A stretch of 64,000 bases of DNA from Nannocystis bainbridge (lineage in GTDB: Bacteria > Myxococcota_A > Polyangia > Nannocystales > Nannocystaceae). The DNA is taken from positions 736,001 to 800,000 of the forward strand of contig NZ_JAQNDL010000001.1 of assembly GCF_028368995.1 (NCBI RefSeq). The letters are read 5' to 3'. A model generated the notes under the pieces. It saw only the letters and a program-made list of their open reading frames with translations, made no database searches and was not told the DNA's origin. A program made the translations under genes and the position numbers. Of the stretch, positions 49,155-61,900 are shown in pieces (position 1 is the first letter of the stretch; every line of letters begins with the position of its first letter).

Positions 49155-50000
49155 ATGCGGAACCCGTTTCCCGGTCATCGTCGCTACAGCATCACCCACC
49201 GCGCCGTGCAGCGCCTGCGCGAGCTCGTCCCCACGCTCGGGGAAGACGACGACGAGGCGCTGCGCGACCGCCTCGACCACGCGATCACCAACGCCGAGGA
49301 CTCGGGCAAGGCCGTACGCACGCTCGATGTCATGCTGGCCGAGCCGCAGATCCTGATCCCGCTCGAGAGCTTCGGCGACGTGCTCTACGCCATCATCAAG
49401 GAGGACACCGTCGTGACCGTGCTGCCGCGCGGCCACGGCGAGGAGATCCTCCAGCGCGGTCAGGCGCTGGAGCAGCGGGTCGCCGCCGGCGAACCGCCCC
49501 CGCGGCCCGGCGAGCGCGACGAGTGGGAGCGCCGGCGTTGGCGGCGCGACGCGCCCACGCCGGTGATCGAGCGCGTGCGGGCCTCCGGGCCCGGCGAGCG
49601 CGACGAGGCTGCCCCCGCGGCCGCGCTGATCGAGGAGGTCGTCGCCGCGAGCCCCGCGCCCGAGGTCGTCGAGCCGGTGCCCGCGAGCGAGCCCGAGATC
49701 ATCACCCGGCGCGCGCCCGACGCGGCCGCCCGCCGCGTCGGTGGTCAGCGGATCATCGCCGGCGCCGCCGCCCAGCCCCCCGAGCGCAAGCGGCCGACCA
49801 ACCCGATCGCCGACGCCCTGGCCCGCGGTCTCGCGCTCGGCAAGCGGCGCGCGGCCACCCGCGCTCTCGGCGAGGCCCTGCGCGAGCAGCCGGCCGACGC
49901 CTCGCTACAGCCGCTGTGGAACCTGCTCGGCGAGAAGGGTTTGCCCGAGGCGCTGACCGTCGGCGACCTCGTGGCCGCCGTCCGCGGATTGCCCGGCTGA
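49155..50000 (+). CDS. Hypothetical protein
   Basis: GC3-rich ORF; N-terminal SITHRAVQRLRE...TVVTVL domain. Confidence 0.7.
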   Translation: MRNPFPGHRRYSITHRAVQRLRELVPTLGEDDDEALRDRLDHAITNAEDSGKAVRTLDVMLAEPQILIPLESFGDVLYAIIKEDTVVTVLPRGHGEEILQRGQALEQRVAAGEPPPRPGERDEWERRRWRRDAPTPVIERVRASGPGERDEAAPAAALIEEVVAASPAPEVVEPVPASEPEIITRRAPDAAARRVGGQRIIAGAAAQPPERKRPTNPIADALARGLALGKRRAATRALGEALREQPADASLQPLWNLLGEKGLPEALTVGDLVAAVRGLPG

Positions 50001-50223
50001 GCACCCGTTTGCACGCCCCGCGGCTCGCCTCTCGGGGCGACCACCTCCCGGCCCGGTCCGCCTCACGGCGCGCCGGGCCGACGTTCATCGCCCGAACTGG
50101 GGGTCGCCCGGGGTCTCCCCTGCGGCGCGAACGCGCGCGCGCGGCGAGACGACGATCGCGGGATGGGGGCCACCACCGCCCCGGTTCCACGCGCCTGGGG
50201 TATGCTGACACGACCCGTCATTC

Positions 50224-52080
<1,857 letters not shown>

Positions 52081-52082
52081 CC

Positions 52083-52176
52083 GCGCCTGGCCTCTGGGAC
52101 ATGTCCAGGAAGGCATGTCCAGAGGGACATGGCGCGACGGACATGCCCAGGACAGCATGTCCCCGAGGACATCCAC
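52083..52176. repeat. 14-bp-phased RRRCATGYYY array (copy 14)
   Basis: Cores at 52086(CCTG), 52100, 52114, 52128, 52142, 52156, 52170(CATC); starts just after the stop at 52080. Confidence 0.93.
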
Positions 52177-52336
52177 GAAGATCGCCCGCGGGGGCTCCGA
52201 ACGTCCGCGCTCGGTCCCCGCCCGCCGCGACGAGCGCTGCGACACCCGCCCCGAGCTCATCACCCGCACGCCACGACGCGGTGCTGTCGATCCGGCGTCA
52301 CGCGTACGCCTGCGAGCACGGCCCCTCGCGCCCCGC

Positions 52337-54082
52337 TCACTCCGCGGTCGCCAGGCGGGCCGCGTCGGCGACCGGCTGGAGCACCACGCGCGCCAGCCCG
52401 CGCAGCAGCGGCTCGCCCGCGATCACCCGCGCGAGCGGCGGGCTGTAGGCGTAGTAGAACCGCACCAGGTCGAGCCCGGTCGCCGAGGGCTTGAGCCAGG
52501 CGTCGCGGAAGGCCCGCAGCGCCGCGACCTGGGCCGCCCACGGGGCGCCGTACGCCGCGGTGGCGACGAAGCAGAACGAGTCGACCGTCTGGAACTTCTG
52601 CGCCGTGGTGGTCGCGCTGACGGTGGTGATCGTGCTGCGGTTGGTGCAGCTGTCCTCGTACAGCACCGCGAACTGGTAGGTGTAGTCGCCCCACAGCTGG
52701 GCGACCTCGACGGTGCTCGGCTGGCCGAGCGGGGCCAGCACCGACGGGTCGAGCGGCGGCACCTCGTAGGCGCCGTCGAACACCTCGCGGGTCCAGGTCA
52801 CGTCCTCGCCGGTGACGTGGCGGATCTTCAGGCGCGCCGGGCGGAACTCCGGGTCGTCCTGCCGCGGCACCACGAAGGTCAGGCGCACGCGGTCGAAATC
52901 GACGACCTCGGCCTGCAGGTCCTCGATCGGCGGCAGCTCGCGCAGCACGCAGCTGCCCTCCCAGCCGTCGCCGTCGGTCTCGCCCTCCAGGCCCGCCTCG
53001 CCGTACGAGAACACGCCCCAGCGGAACGTGTCGCCGTTCTTCGTCATCGACCGCAGGCGGTCGGCGCCGCTGCCGTCGGCCTCGCTGATGCTCGGGTCGG
53101 GCGGGTGGATCGCCCCGGTGGCCCCGTCCCAGTCGCCGAAGCCGGCGTAGCGGGTGGCGCCGGTGAAGCCGCGCGCGAGCGGGTCGAAGCCCACCTCGTA
53201 GAGCACCGACGGCTGGCCGAGGTAGGCGACGCCGTAGGTGCTGAGCCGTGGATCGACGAAGTGGTCGGCCTCGCGGGCGAACCGGAAGGCGTCGTTCTCG
53301 TCGCCCTCGCGGCTGACCTCGACGCGGGCGGTCAGCGGCCCGCGCTCGACCACGTCGGCGGGGATCAAGAAGGCGACGAACTCGGCCCGGTCGCCGACCG
53401 GCGTGGCCGCGGTGACCCCGTCGAGGGTGTTGAGCGCCGCGAAACTCTTGGCGTCCTGCGAGTCGAGCGCGGGGTCGAAGACCAGCAGGTCGTTGCGCGG
53501 CGGATAGACGCTGGTCCCGCCCCGCGGGTCGAAGCGGCCCTTGTCGGTGCTGAAATTCTTCGGCGAGGGGCACGTCATGGTGTCGACCACCACCGTCTCG
53601 TGGGCCTCCGGCGTCAGCGGGATGCAGAAGTAGCTCTCGGCGGTGCTGCTGTTCTCGTGCCAGCCGAGCGACTCCTGGTCGAGCGGCTCGTCGTCGAAGA
53701 AGACGACCCGCGGGTAGGTCTTGCCGGTGCCGTGGGCCCAGATCGGCAGGACCGACGGTCGCGGGCCGTAGGGCGCGCGCCAGCTCGAGAGGAAGTCCCA
53801 GCGCCCGGGCCGGTTGCCGATCCCGTACTTGCCGGTCGCCTGGGTCACGAGGACGTCGAGCGCGTGCTGGCCGTCACGGTCCTCGAGCCAGATCGCCAGC
53901 TGCACGTTGGGCACCGGCGTGTAGTGGAACTCGACCAGGATCGGCTCGGTCGCCGCCGCGTGCCCCGGGACCAGCGCCGCCGCCACGGCCAGCAGAGGCC
54001 CCACGACGGCCCGCGCGCGACGCCGGGCCGGCGTCGCGGCATGCGTCCCCAGGGCTCCGAGGTGCCTCGCGCGGGCGACCAT
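52337..54082 (-). CDS. Secreted protein with FN3-like region and CFI-box-CTERM domain
   Basis: QLAIWLED, RPSVLPIWAH; C-terminal CFVATAAYG...LRAFRD..L...G...V.FYY.YSPPLA. Confidence 0.85.
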   Translation of the reverse strand: MVARARHLGALGTHAATPARRRARAVVGPLLAVAAALVPGHAAATEPILVEFHYTPVPNVQLAIWLEDRDGQHALDVLVTQATGKYGIGNRPGRWDFLSSWRAPYGPRPSVLPIWAHGTGKTYPRVVFFDDEPLDQESLGWHENSSTAESYFCIPLTPEAHETVVVDTMTCPSPKNFSTDKGRFDPRGGTSVYPPRNDLLVFDPALDSQDAKSFAALNTLDGVTAATPVGDRAEFVAFLIPADVVERGPLTARVEVSREGDENDAFRFAREADHFVDPRLSTYGVAYLGQPSVLYEVGFDPLARGFTGATRYAGFGDWDGATGAIHPPDPSISEADGSGADRLRSMTKNGDTFRWGVFSYGEAGLEGETDGDGWEGSCVLRELPPIEDLQAEVVDFDRVRLTFVVPRQDDPEFRPARLKIRHVTGEDVTWTREVFDGAYEVPPLDPSVLAPLGQPSTVEVAQLWGDYTYQFAVLYEDSCTNRSTITTVSATTTAQKFQTVDSFCFVATAAYGAPWAAQVAALRAFRDAWLKPSATGLDLVRFYYAYSPPLARVIAGEPLLRGLARVVLQPVADAARLATAE

Positions 54083-54222
54083 GGCCGGGACCATACCACG
54101 CGTCCCCGGGCCGCGCCCGTGGCCGCGGCGGCCTCGCCCGGCCCCGTCACTCGCGCGACGCTGCGCGCCCGAGAGCAGCGCAGGCTCGCGGGTGCTCGCC
54201 CGCGCGAGCGCGCTGGCCGGCG

Positions 54223-54288
54223 CAGCATGCCTCTCGGGACATGTCCACGAGGCCAGGGCCCTCAGGACATGCCCGCATGGACATGTCC
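54223..54288. repeat. 14-bp-phased RRRCATGYYY array (copy 15)
   Basis: Cores at 54226, 54240, 54254(CAGG), 54268, 54282; just 3' of the gloA stop. Confidence 0.92.
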
Positions 54289-54299
54289 CTTCGGACTGC

Positions 54300-54691
<392 letters not shown>

Positions 54692-54695
<4 letters not shown>

Positions 54696-55519
54696 TTCCC
54701 GTTCGGCTTGGCCGTCACCGTGCCGGAGGCCGGCGACGCCGGGGTGGCGACGCCGGGCGACGTCGGGCTCGCCGGCGTCGTGCCGGTCGCGCCGGCGGCC
54801 GCGCGCAGGGCCGCCTCGACGAAGCTGTCCTGCTTGCCCATCTCGACCACCAGTTGGTCGCAGTTGGCGTAGTCCTTGATCGTCACGAAATTCTCGGGCG
54901 GATCACGGAACTGGATCGGGTCGGCCTTGAGCGTGATCTCGCCGCCCCACGGCACCAGCTTGGTGGTCGACACGCCGGGCCCGTTGACCAGCGCGACCGC
55001 CACGCACGAGTTGTTCTGGCGGGTGAACAGCACGCCGATCGACACCCCGTCGCAGCCGGCCTTGGGGCACACGCGCTCGGGCGACGGGCGCACGTCGATC
55101 GGCCGGCCCGGCAGCGCCTTCTCGACCAGCTGCTTCACCTTCTGCTGGATCGACTGGCCGTAATTCTGGTTCTCGGCCGCGATCGCGCTGGGGATGATGC
55201 GGGGGAACAGCACCACCACCCCGCCGGCGACCCCCTTCGAGTGCGAGATCTCGGGCGCCAGGAAGCGGGTGTCGTTCGGCGAGCCCGCCGCCACGCCCGT
55301 GCCGCCCGCGGTCGGGTCGGTCGTGCCGCCGGAGCCGCCCGGGTTCTGCGCGTCGCCCGGCGTGGTCCCGGCGCCGTCCGCGGGGCCCGGGCCGCCGATC
55401 GTCGGCCCCGTGGCGCCGCCGCTGGTGTCGGTGGGCGGGGTGGTGCTGCCCGACGTGGTCGGGGTGCAACCCAGGCTCACGGCGGCGAGGACGAGGGCGA
55501 GGCGGGGGATCGACGGCAT
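54692..55519 (-). CDS. Lipoprotein
   Basis: [18 protein letters not shown] lipobox, G/T/P linker, [11 protein letters not shown] domain. Confidence 0.75.
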
Positions 55520-55662
55520 GGGGCCGATTGTACGAAAACGGCCCGTCCACGGCGAAAATTCGCCGATCGGGGCCGGGTCCGGGGGGTCGCCGGGGCCGCC
55601 GCCGCCGCCGGGCATGTTCGATTTCGCCCCCGTTTCGAGTACCCTGCCTGCACGGCGTCCTC

Positions 55663-56343
55663 ATGAAGCGCAGCGAAAAGGCCCTCAAAATTCAGGCCGT
55701 CCTCGACCGCCTCTACCCGCAGCCCGCGGTCCCGCTGCTCCACGGCGATCCGTTCACCTTGCTGGTCGCGGTGTTGTTGTCGGCGCAGACCACCGACGCG
55801 CGGGTCAACCTCGTCACGCCGGCGCTGTTCCAGCGCGCGCCGACGCCCGCGGCGATGGCCGAGCTGTCCGAGGCCGAGATCCTCGGGTTCATCCGCTCTT
55901 GCGGCCTCGCCCCGGCCAAGGCCAAGAACATCCGCCGGCTGTCGCAGCTGCTGCTCGAGCGCCACGGGGGACATGTCCCGAAGGACATGGCCGCGCTCGA
56001 GGACCTGCCCGGCGTCGGCCACAAGACGGCCAGCGTCGTCATGATCCAGGCGTTCGGCGTGCCGGCCTTCCCGGTCGACACCCACATCCACCGGCTGGCC
56101 GCCCGCTGGGGCCTGTCCGACGGCACCACCGTCGAGAAGACCGAGGCCGACCTCAAGGCTCTGTGGCCGCAGGACGCGTGGGCCAAGCTCCACCTGCAGA
56201 TCATCTACTTCGGCCGCGAGCACTGCCCGGCCCGCGGCCACGACCCCGAGGTGTGCCCGATCTGCGCGTGGGCCGGCGTCAAGACCCGCCTCGCCGCCGA
56301 GGCCCGCGCCCGCGCGGCCGCCCGCCTCTCCGCGTCCGGGTGA
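55663..56343 (+). CDS. nth: Endonuclease III
   Basis: LLSAQTTD, HhH LPGVGHKTA, VDTHIHR, GREHCPAR...CPIC. Confidence 0.95.
   Translation: MKRSEKALKIQAVLDRLYPQPAVPLLHGDPFTLLVAVLLSAQTTDARVNLVTPALFQRAPTPAAMAELSEAEILGFIRSCGLAPAKAKNIRRLSQLLLERHGGHVPKDMAALEDLPGVGHKTASVVMIQAFGVPAFPVDTHIHRLAARWGLSDGTTVEKTEADLKALWPQDAWAKLHLQIIYFGREHCPARGHDPEVCPICAWAGVKTRLAAEARARAAARLSASG
55969..55992. repeat. Two-unit 14-bp CATG element inside nth (copy 16)
   Basis: GGACATGTCC-CGAA-GGACATGGCC, encoding GHVPKDMA. Confidence 0.65.
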
Positions 56344-56423
56344 GCCGCGGCGCTCGCGAGAACGGGCGCCGCGAGGGGGCGGCCTGTTTCACACGAGACG
56401 AGCCGAAGCGACGCGTACTCCAT

Positions 56424-56502
56424 GGGCATGTCCTTCGGGGCATGTCCGATGCACCATGCTCCTTCAGACATGCCCTTTCAAGCATGTCCTCAAGACCTGT
56501 CG
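56424..56502. repeat. 14-bp-phased RRRCATGYYY array (copy 17)
   Basis: CATG at 56427, 56441, 56455, 56469, 56483; between convergent genes. Confidence 0.93.
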
Positions 56503-56834
56503 AGGTAGCGGCTGGTCGCCAGCGGTCCGAGCGCGGCCTCGGCCAGCGCGCGGACCGTGCGGCCGATCTCGCGGCGCACCTCGGGCTGGGCGAACATCCC
56601 CGGCGGCAGCAGCGAGGCCACGAATTTGCTGCTGCGGATCCGCAGCGCGTCGGCGCGGGTCAGGCTGCCGTGCGAGGTCGGCTCGACGTCGTGGCTGTCG
56701 GGGTCGTCGATCGCCGCCAGCGACGCCACGAACTCGGCCCGCGCCGACGCGAGGTCCAGGCGCGGGCCGTCGGGATGCAGGCGCCGGATCAGCGCCTCGA
56801 GGCCGTCGCAGAGGTCGTCCACGGCCGGCAGCAT
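56490..56834 (-). CDS. Small hypothetical protein
   Basis: MLPAVDDLCDGLEALIRRL...; co-oriented downstream of the TolB-like gene. Confidence 0.55.
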   Translation of the reverse strand: MLPAVDDLCDGLEALIRRLHPDGPRLDLASARAEFVASLAAIDDPDSHDVEPTSHGSLTRADALRIRSSKFVASLLPPGMFAQPEVRREIGRTVRALAEAALGPLATSRYLDRS

Positions 56835-56860
56835 AGCCGCCGGCCGGGCCGGGCGCGAAC

Positions 56861-58762
56861 TCAGCCGCCCGGGTCGTCGTTCTTGTGGACCCAGAAGCCG
56901 CGCATGTTGAGCGTGTTCACGTCCTGGCCGTGCAGCCAGAACCCGGGGTGGCTCGGGTCGACGCCCGGCTGCGGGTTCTCGTCGATGGCGACCACCCACA
57001 GCTGCTTGACCGAGTTCTTGTCGGCCTCGAGCTTGTTGCCGAAGGTGCGGCGCGACGTGAACACGACCCAGTTGTAGCCGCCGGAGCTGCGCGGCGCGAA
57101 CGTCGGCTCGTAGTTCCAGTGGCGGTCGCGGTCACCGGCGTAGAACGGGTGGTCGTCGCCGTTGCCGGCGCGCAGGCGGATCTCCACGCCGGGCTGCTCG
57201 ATGCTGGCGAGGAACATGTCCGACGTGCCGTTGCGGGTGTCGAGCATCGCCGGGTAGGCGCCGCGGTGGTAGATGACGTAGCGCCCGTCGGGCGTCACGC
57301 TCGGGAAGATGATCCCGTTGAGCGTCGGGTCGGCGCCCGGATCGACCAGCTTGACCGGGTTGGCCGCGGTGCGGTTGACGGCGTCGTAGTCGAGCGCCAT
57401 CAGCGACAGCGTCGCGTGGTCGACGTAGGCGATCTTGCGCCCGTCCGACGAGAACGCCGGCATGTTGAGCACGAGGTCGTCGATGCCGGTGCCCATCAGC
57501 TTGGCGCCGGTGGTCGCGTCCCACATGCCCGGCTGACCGCCCGGCGGGCCCGGCAGGTTGAGCTCGCCGTTTTCGATCACCACCGTGCCGTCGGGCGAGA
57601 TCGCCGACATCGCCCAGCTGCGGACCGGCACGCCGATGCTCGTCGAGGCGAACACCGGCGTGTTGTTGACGAGGTCCCACGTCGACACGTTGATGTCGCC
57701 GCCGATGATGAGGCGCGTGCCGTCGGCCGAGGCCGAGTGACAGGTGCTGCAGCCGTCCTGGCCGCCGGCCAGCAGGAAGTCCTCGGGCGCGTCGGCGCCG
57801 GGGTTGATGCGGAGCACGCGGCCGAGGCTGTTGGCCCAGTAGTACACCGAGCCGATCAGCGGCTCGGAGGCGATGGTCCACGTGTCGTCGGCGAGCACGA
57901 AGGCCGACGCCTGCCCGGCGGGCAGGCGGTGCACGTCGAGGCCCAGCGGCAGGCCCGAGCTCGACTCGGAGATCTGGACCCACAGCGGCTTGGGGATCGC
58001 GTGCCGCGAGGGCGGCTCGGCCAGCGTGTAGATCTTGGCGTCGACGAACTGGCCGCTGTAACGGACCAGGTACTTGTCGCCCGCGGTCGAGCCGTGCCAC
58101 ATCAGCTCGGCCGGCGACAGGCCCTTCGGGAACACGGTGCCGTCGTACGGGTACGACAGCGCGGCCGTGTCGGGCAGCGTCGCGCCGTCGAGGAGCTGCT
58201 TGTCGGCCTCGGTGATCTCGGGCGGCAGCTGATCGATCTTGAGGAACACGTTGACCGTGGCCTCGGCGACCTTGTTGCCGTGCAGCGCCTCGACGACGAG
58301 CTGGCCGCCGTACTGGCCGCCGGCCTCCACGGTGCCCTTCTCGTCGACCGACGCGATGTAGCTGGCGTCGGCCGACCAGGTCGCGGTCACCGGCTGCCCG
58401 TCACACAGCGCGTTCAGCTGCACCGGCGCGTGCACGCCGTTGTCGATCAGGATCATCGCCTCGGGCGGATCGACCGTCAGCGTGTTGCAGTTCGGGACCC
58501 CACCGGAGGTGGAGGTGGGCGCGTCGGTGGTCCCGGTCGCGCCGTCGGTGCCCTCGGAGGTGGTGGGCGCGTCGGTCGCGGTGCCGTCCGACTCTGAACC
58601 GGCCGTCATCGTCGACGCGATCCCCGTCGGGGAGGACGGCGAGCTCGCGCCCGCCGTGTCTCGCGTACCGTCGTCGCCGCACGCGGTCGGGACCGCGGCA
58701 CACGCACTCACCAGGAGCAACCCCCGCCACGGCCTCGTCGCCTTGTCGCGGTCTTTCATCAT
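56861..58762 (-). CDS. Lipoprotein with Ig-like domain and TolB-like (PD40) propeller
   Basis: PTAC lipobox-like site, YPYDGTVFP, GSVYYW, GCSTCHS.SADG, PAFSSDG, WVVFTSRR, KQLWV.AID. Confidence 0.85.
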   Translation of the reverse strand: MMKDRDKATRPWRGLLLVSACAAVPTACGDDGTRDTAGASSPSSPTGIASTMTAGSESDGTATDAPTTSEGTDGATGTTDAPTSTSGGVPNCNTLTVDPPEAMILIDNGVHAPVQLNALCDGQPVTATWSADASYIASVDEKGTVEAGGQYGGQLVVEALHGNKVAEATVNVFLKIDQLPPEITEADKQLLDGATLPDTAALSYPYDGTVFPKGLSPAELMWHGSTAGDKYLVRYSGQFVDAKIYTLAEPPSRHAIPKPLWVQISESSSGLPLGLDVHRLPAGQASAFVLADDTWTIASEPLIGSVYYWANSLGRVLRINPGADAPEDFLLAGGQDGCSTCHSASADGTRLIIGGDINVSTWDLVNNTPVFASTSIGVPVRSWAMSAISPDGTVVIENGELNLPGPPGGQPGMWDATTGAKLMGTGIDDLVLNMPAFSSDGRKIAYVDHATLSLMALDYDAVNRTAANPVKLVDPGADPTLNGIIFPSVTPDGRYVIYHRGAYPAMLDTRNGTSDMFLASIEQPGVEIRLRAGNGDDHPFYAGDRDRHWNYEPTFAPRSSGGYNWVVFTSRRTFGNKLEADKNSVKQLWVVAIDENPQPGVDPSHPGFWLHGQDVNTLNMRGFWVHKNDDPGG

Positions 58763-58914
58763 CACCTGCCCTTCCAAAAAAACTCTTCCGCCAGCCGTAT
58801 CACAGACCTACCACCCGCGCAGGCGGGGAAACCCTCTGCGCGCGGCTTCGCTGGAGACCTCGGCATCTCCCCGCCCCGGCGTTTGCGGTCCCGTGCTAAG
58901 GTGGCTGCGCAGGC

Positions 58915-61900
58915 GTGGTCGACCTCGAGGCGGACAGACTGCGCGCCTTGATGCGCGCCGCGGTGTTCAAGCAGCCGCACCAGCCGGTGCTCCTCGGCAA
59001 CTTCGAGATCATCAAGGTGCTCGGATCGGGCGCGATGGGCATCGTGTATGAGGCCTTCGACCCCCGTCGCGGCGAGAGCGTCGCGCTCAAGACGTTGCGG
59101 GCCCCGAGCGCGCGCGCACTGGCGCTCTTCAAGCGCGAGTTCCGGGCGCTGTCGCGGCTGTCGCACCCGAACCTGGTCGAGCTGCACAAGATGTATCGCG
59201 ACCACGACCAGTACTTCTTCACGATGGAGCTCATCCGCGGCTCGCCGCTGCTGACGTACCTGTGGGGCGTCGAGGCCGCTCCCGACGCGCCGACGGCCAC
59301 TCCCGTCACCGACTTCGCCCGACTGCGCGCGGCCTTCGCCCAGCTCGTCGACGGCGTGTTCGCGCTCCACCAGAGCCACAAGCTGCACCGCGACATCAAG
59401 CCGACCAACGTCATGGTCAGCCCCGAAGGCCGCGTCGTCCTCATGGACTTCGGCTTCGTCGGCGAGGAGTCCGTCGGCACGCTCGAGTCGACGGCCGGCA
59501 GCCTGGTGGTCGGCACGCCGGCGTACATGGCCCCCGAGCAGGCGGTCGGCGGCGCGCGCACGCCCGCGAGCGACTGGTACAGCGTCGGCGCCACCCTCTA
59601 CATGGCCCTCACCGGCCGCGTGCCCTACTCCGGGGAGAACCTGGCGCGCATGATGGAGCGCAAGCAGGCGTCGGCGCCCCCGCCGCCGCGCACGCTCGTG
59701 GCCGGCATCCCCGACGAGCTCGACGTCGTCTGCGTGCGCCTGCTCCAACCTGACCCGAAGGTCAGGCCCGGCGCGTCCGAGCTGATGGCGCTGTTCCACA
59801 GCGACCGCGGCCACCTGCAGCGGGTCCAGGCGGCCGCGTACGTGTCGCCGGCCGCCACCCACGTCGGCGCGCGCAGCTTCGTCGGCCGCACCGCCCAGGT
59901 GCGCGCGATCCGGCTGGCCTTCGACGCCGTCGACCGCGCGGCCGCGCCCGTCCCCCCGCCCGAGGCAGTGCCCGCGGTGGTGCTCGTGCACGGCCGCGCC
60001 GGCCTCGGCAAGAGCGCGCTGATCCGCCACGTCACCGACGGCCTGCGCCAGCGCGCGACCCTGCTGCGCGCCCGCTGTTACGATCGCGACACCGTCCCGT
60101 ACAAGGCGCTCGACAGCCTGGTCGACGCCCTGGCCCGCCAGCTGCGCCAGCGCGACGAGGCCGAGGTCGCTACCGTGCTGCCGCCCGAGATCGACTCGCT
60201 GGTCGCGCTGTTCCCGGTGCTCCACCAGGCCCCGGCCGTGGCCGCCGTCACACCTGTCCCTTCGGCCATGCCCACGCGGCGCGATCTCCGGGCCGCGCTG
60301 CGCCCGGACGCCCCGGCCTTCCGCGCGCTGCGGCGGCTGCTCGTCGGCCTCGGCGGCGGCCGCCCGCTGGTGCTGTGGATCGACGACCTGCAGTGGGGCG
60401 ACGCCGACAGCGTGCGCGTGCTGGCCGAGCTGCTGCGCCCGCCCGGGGCCCCGCGCGGCCTGCTGATCGCCAGCTACCGCAGCGAGGACGGCGACAGCCC
60501 GGCGCTGCGGGCCCTGGATGTCCTGAGGGACATGGTCGAACAGGCAGGTTCTTCGATGCAGGTGCTCGAGGTGCCGCCGCTGTCACCCGACGAGACCGAC
60601 GCGCTGGCCGAGATCCTGCTCGGGCCCGACACCCCGCCGCCGCGGCTGCGCCGGGTCGCCGCCGAGGCCGGGGGCAGCCCGCAGCTGCTTCACGAGCTGG
60701 CGCGCTTCGTCGCCCACGGGGCCGGCAGCGCGCCCGAGGTCACGGTCGACGAGCTGATCGAGATCCGGATCTCGCGCCTGTCCGCGCCGCAGCGGCGCCT
60801 GGTCGAGGTGCTGGCGGTGGCCGGGCGCCCGCTGGCCCAGGCGGTCGCGTTCACGGTCGCCGGGGTCGCCCCCGCGGCCGCCAACGCCGGGCTGGCCGAC
60901 CTCCACCAGCTGCAGGCCGCGGGCCTGGTCCGCAGCTTCACCGCCGCCGGCTCCGACCTGCTCGGCGAGCAGGGCGAGCTCGTGCTCGACGTCCAGCACG
61001 AGCGCACCCGCGACGCGGTGCTGATCCGCCTCGACGGTCCGGCCCTGCGCGAGCTCCACGGCCGCCTCGCCGCCGCGCTCGAGCGCGACCCGCAGACCGA
61101 CCCGTTCGCCCTCATCGAGCACCTGCGCGCCGCCGGCGACACCGCCCGCGCGCTCGCCCTGGCCCGCCGGGCCGCCGGCTTCTACCGCGAGGCCGACGAT
61201 TTCCTGCGCGCGGCCGCCTTCCTCCGGGTCGCCCGCGACCTCGCCCCGCCCGGGGCCGCACCGGCGCTCGCGCGCGAGCTCGGCGATGCGCTCGCGCGCG
61301 CCGGCCACAGCCGCGAGTCCGCCGAGGCCTACCTCTCGGCCCGCAACGGCAGCGACCCGGCGGGCGACCTCACCCTCGTCGGCGCCGCCGCGGCCCAGTT
61401 CATCACCGCCGGCCACCTCACCCGCGGTCAGGAGATCCTGAGCGCCGCCCTCGTCTCGGCCGGGCTGTCCGCCGGCGACGCGTCGGTGCGCGACAAGCTC
61501 GGCGCGCTGTGGCGGCGCGGCCAGAAGATGGTCCGCGGCCTCGACTTCACCGCCCGCGCCGAGGCCGACGTCGACCGCATGGACCTGGCGCGGGTCGACC
61601 TGTGCTTCGCCGCCGCGCTGTCGACCATGGCCGTCGACCCCAGCGCCGCCGCCGACGCCCAGGCGCGCCACCTGCTGCTGGCCCTGCGGGCCGGCGAACC
61701 GCGTCGGGTGGCGCGCGCCTTCGCGCTCGAGGCCTGCCTGCTGGCGCCCGGAGGCGCGCGCGCGCGCGGCCAGCTCGACCCGCTGCTCACCTCCGCGCGC
61801 GCCCTCGCCCGCTCGACCGGCGCCACCGGCATCGCCGACCTGTGCGACCTGGTCGACCTGCTGGCCGAGACCGCCGGCGGCTCGCCCACGCGCGCGCTGG

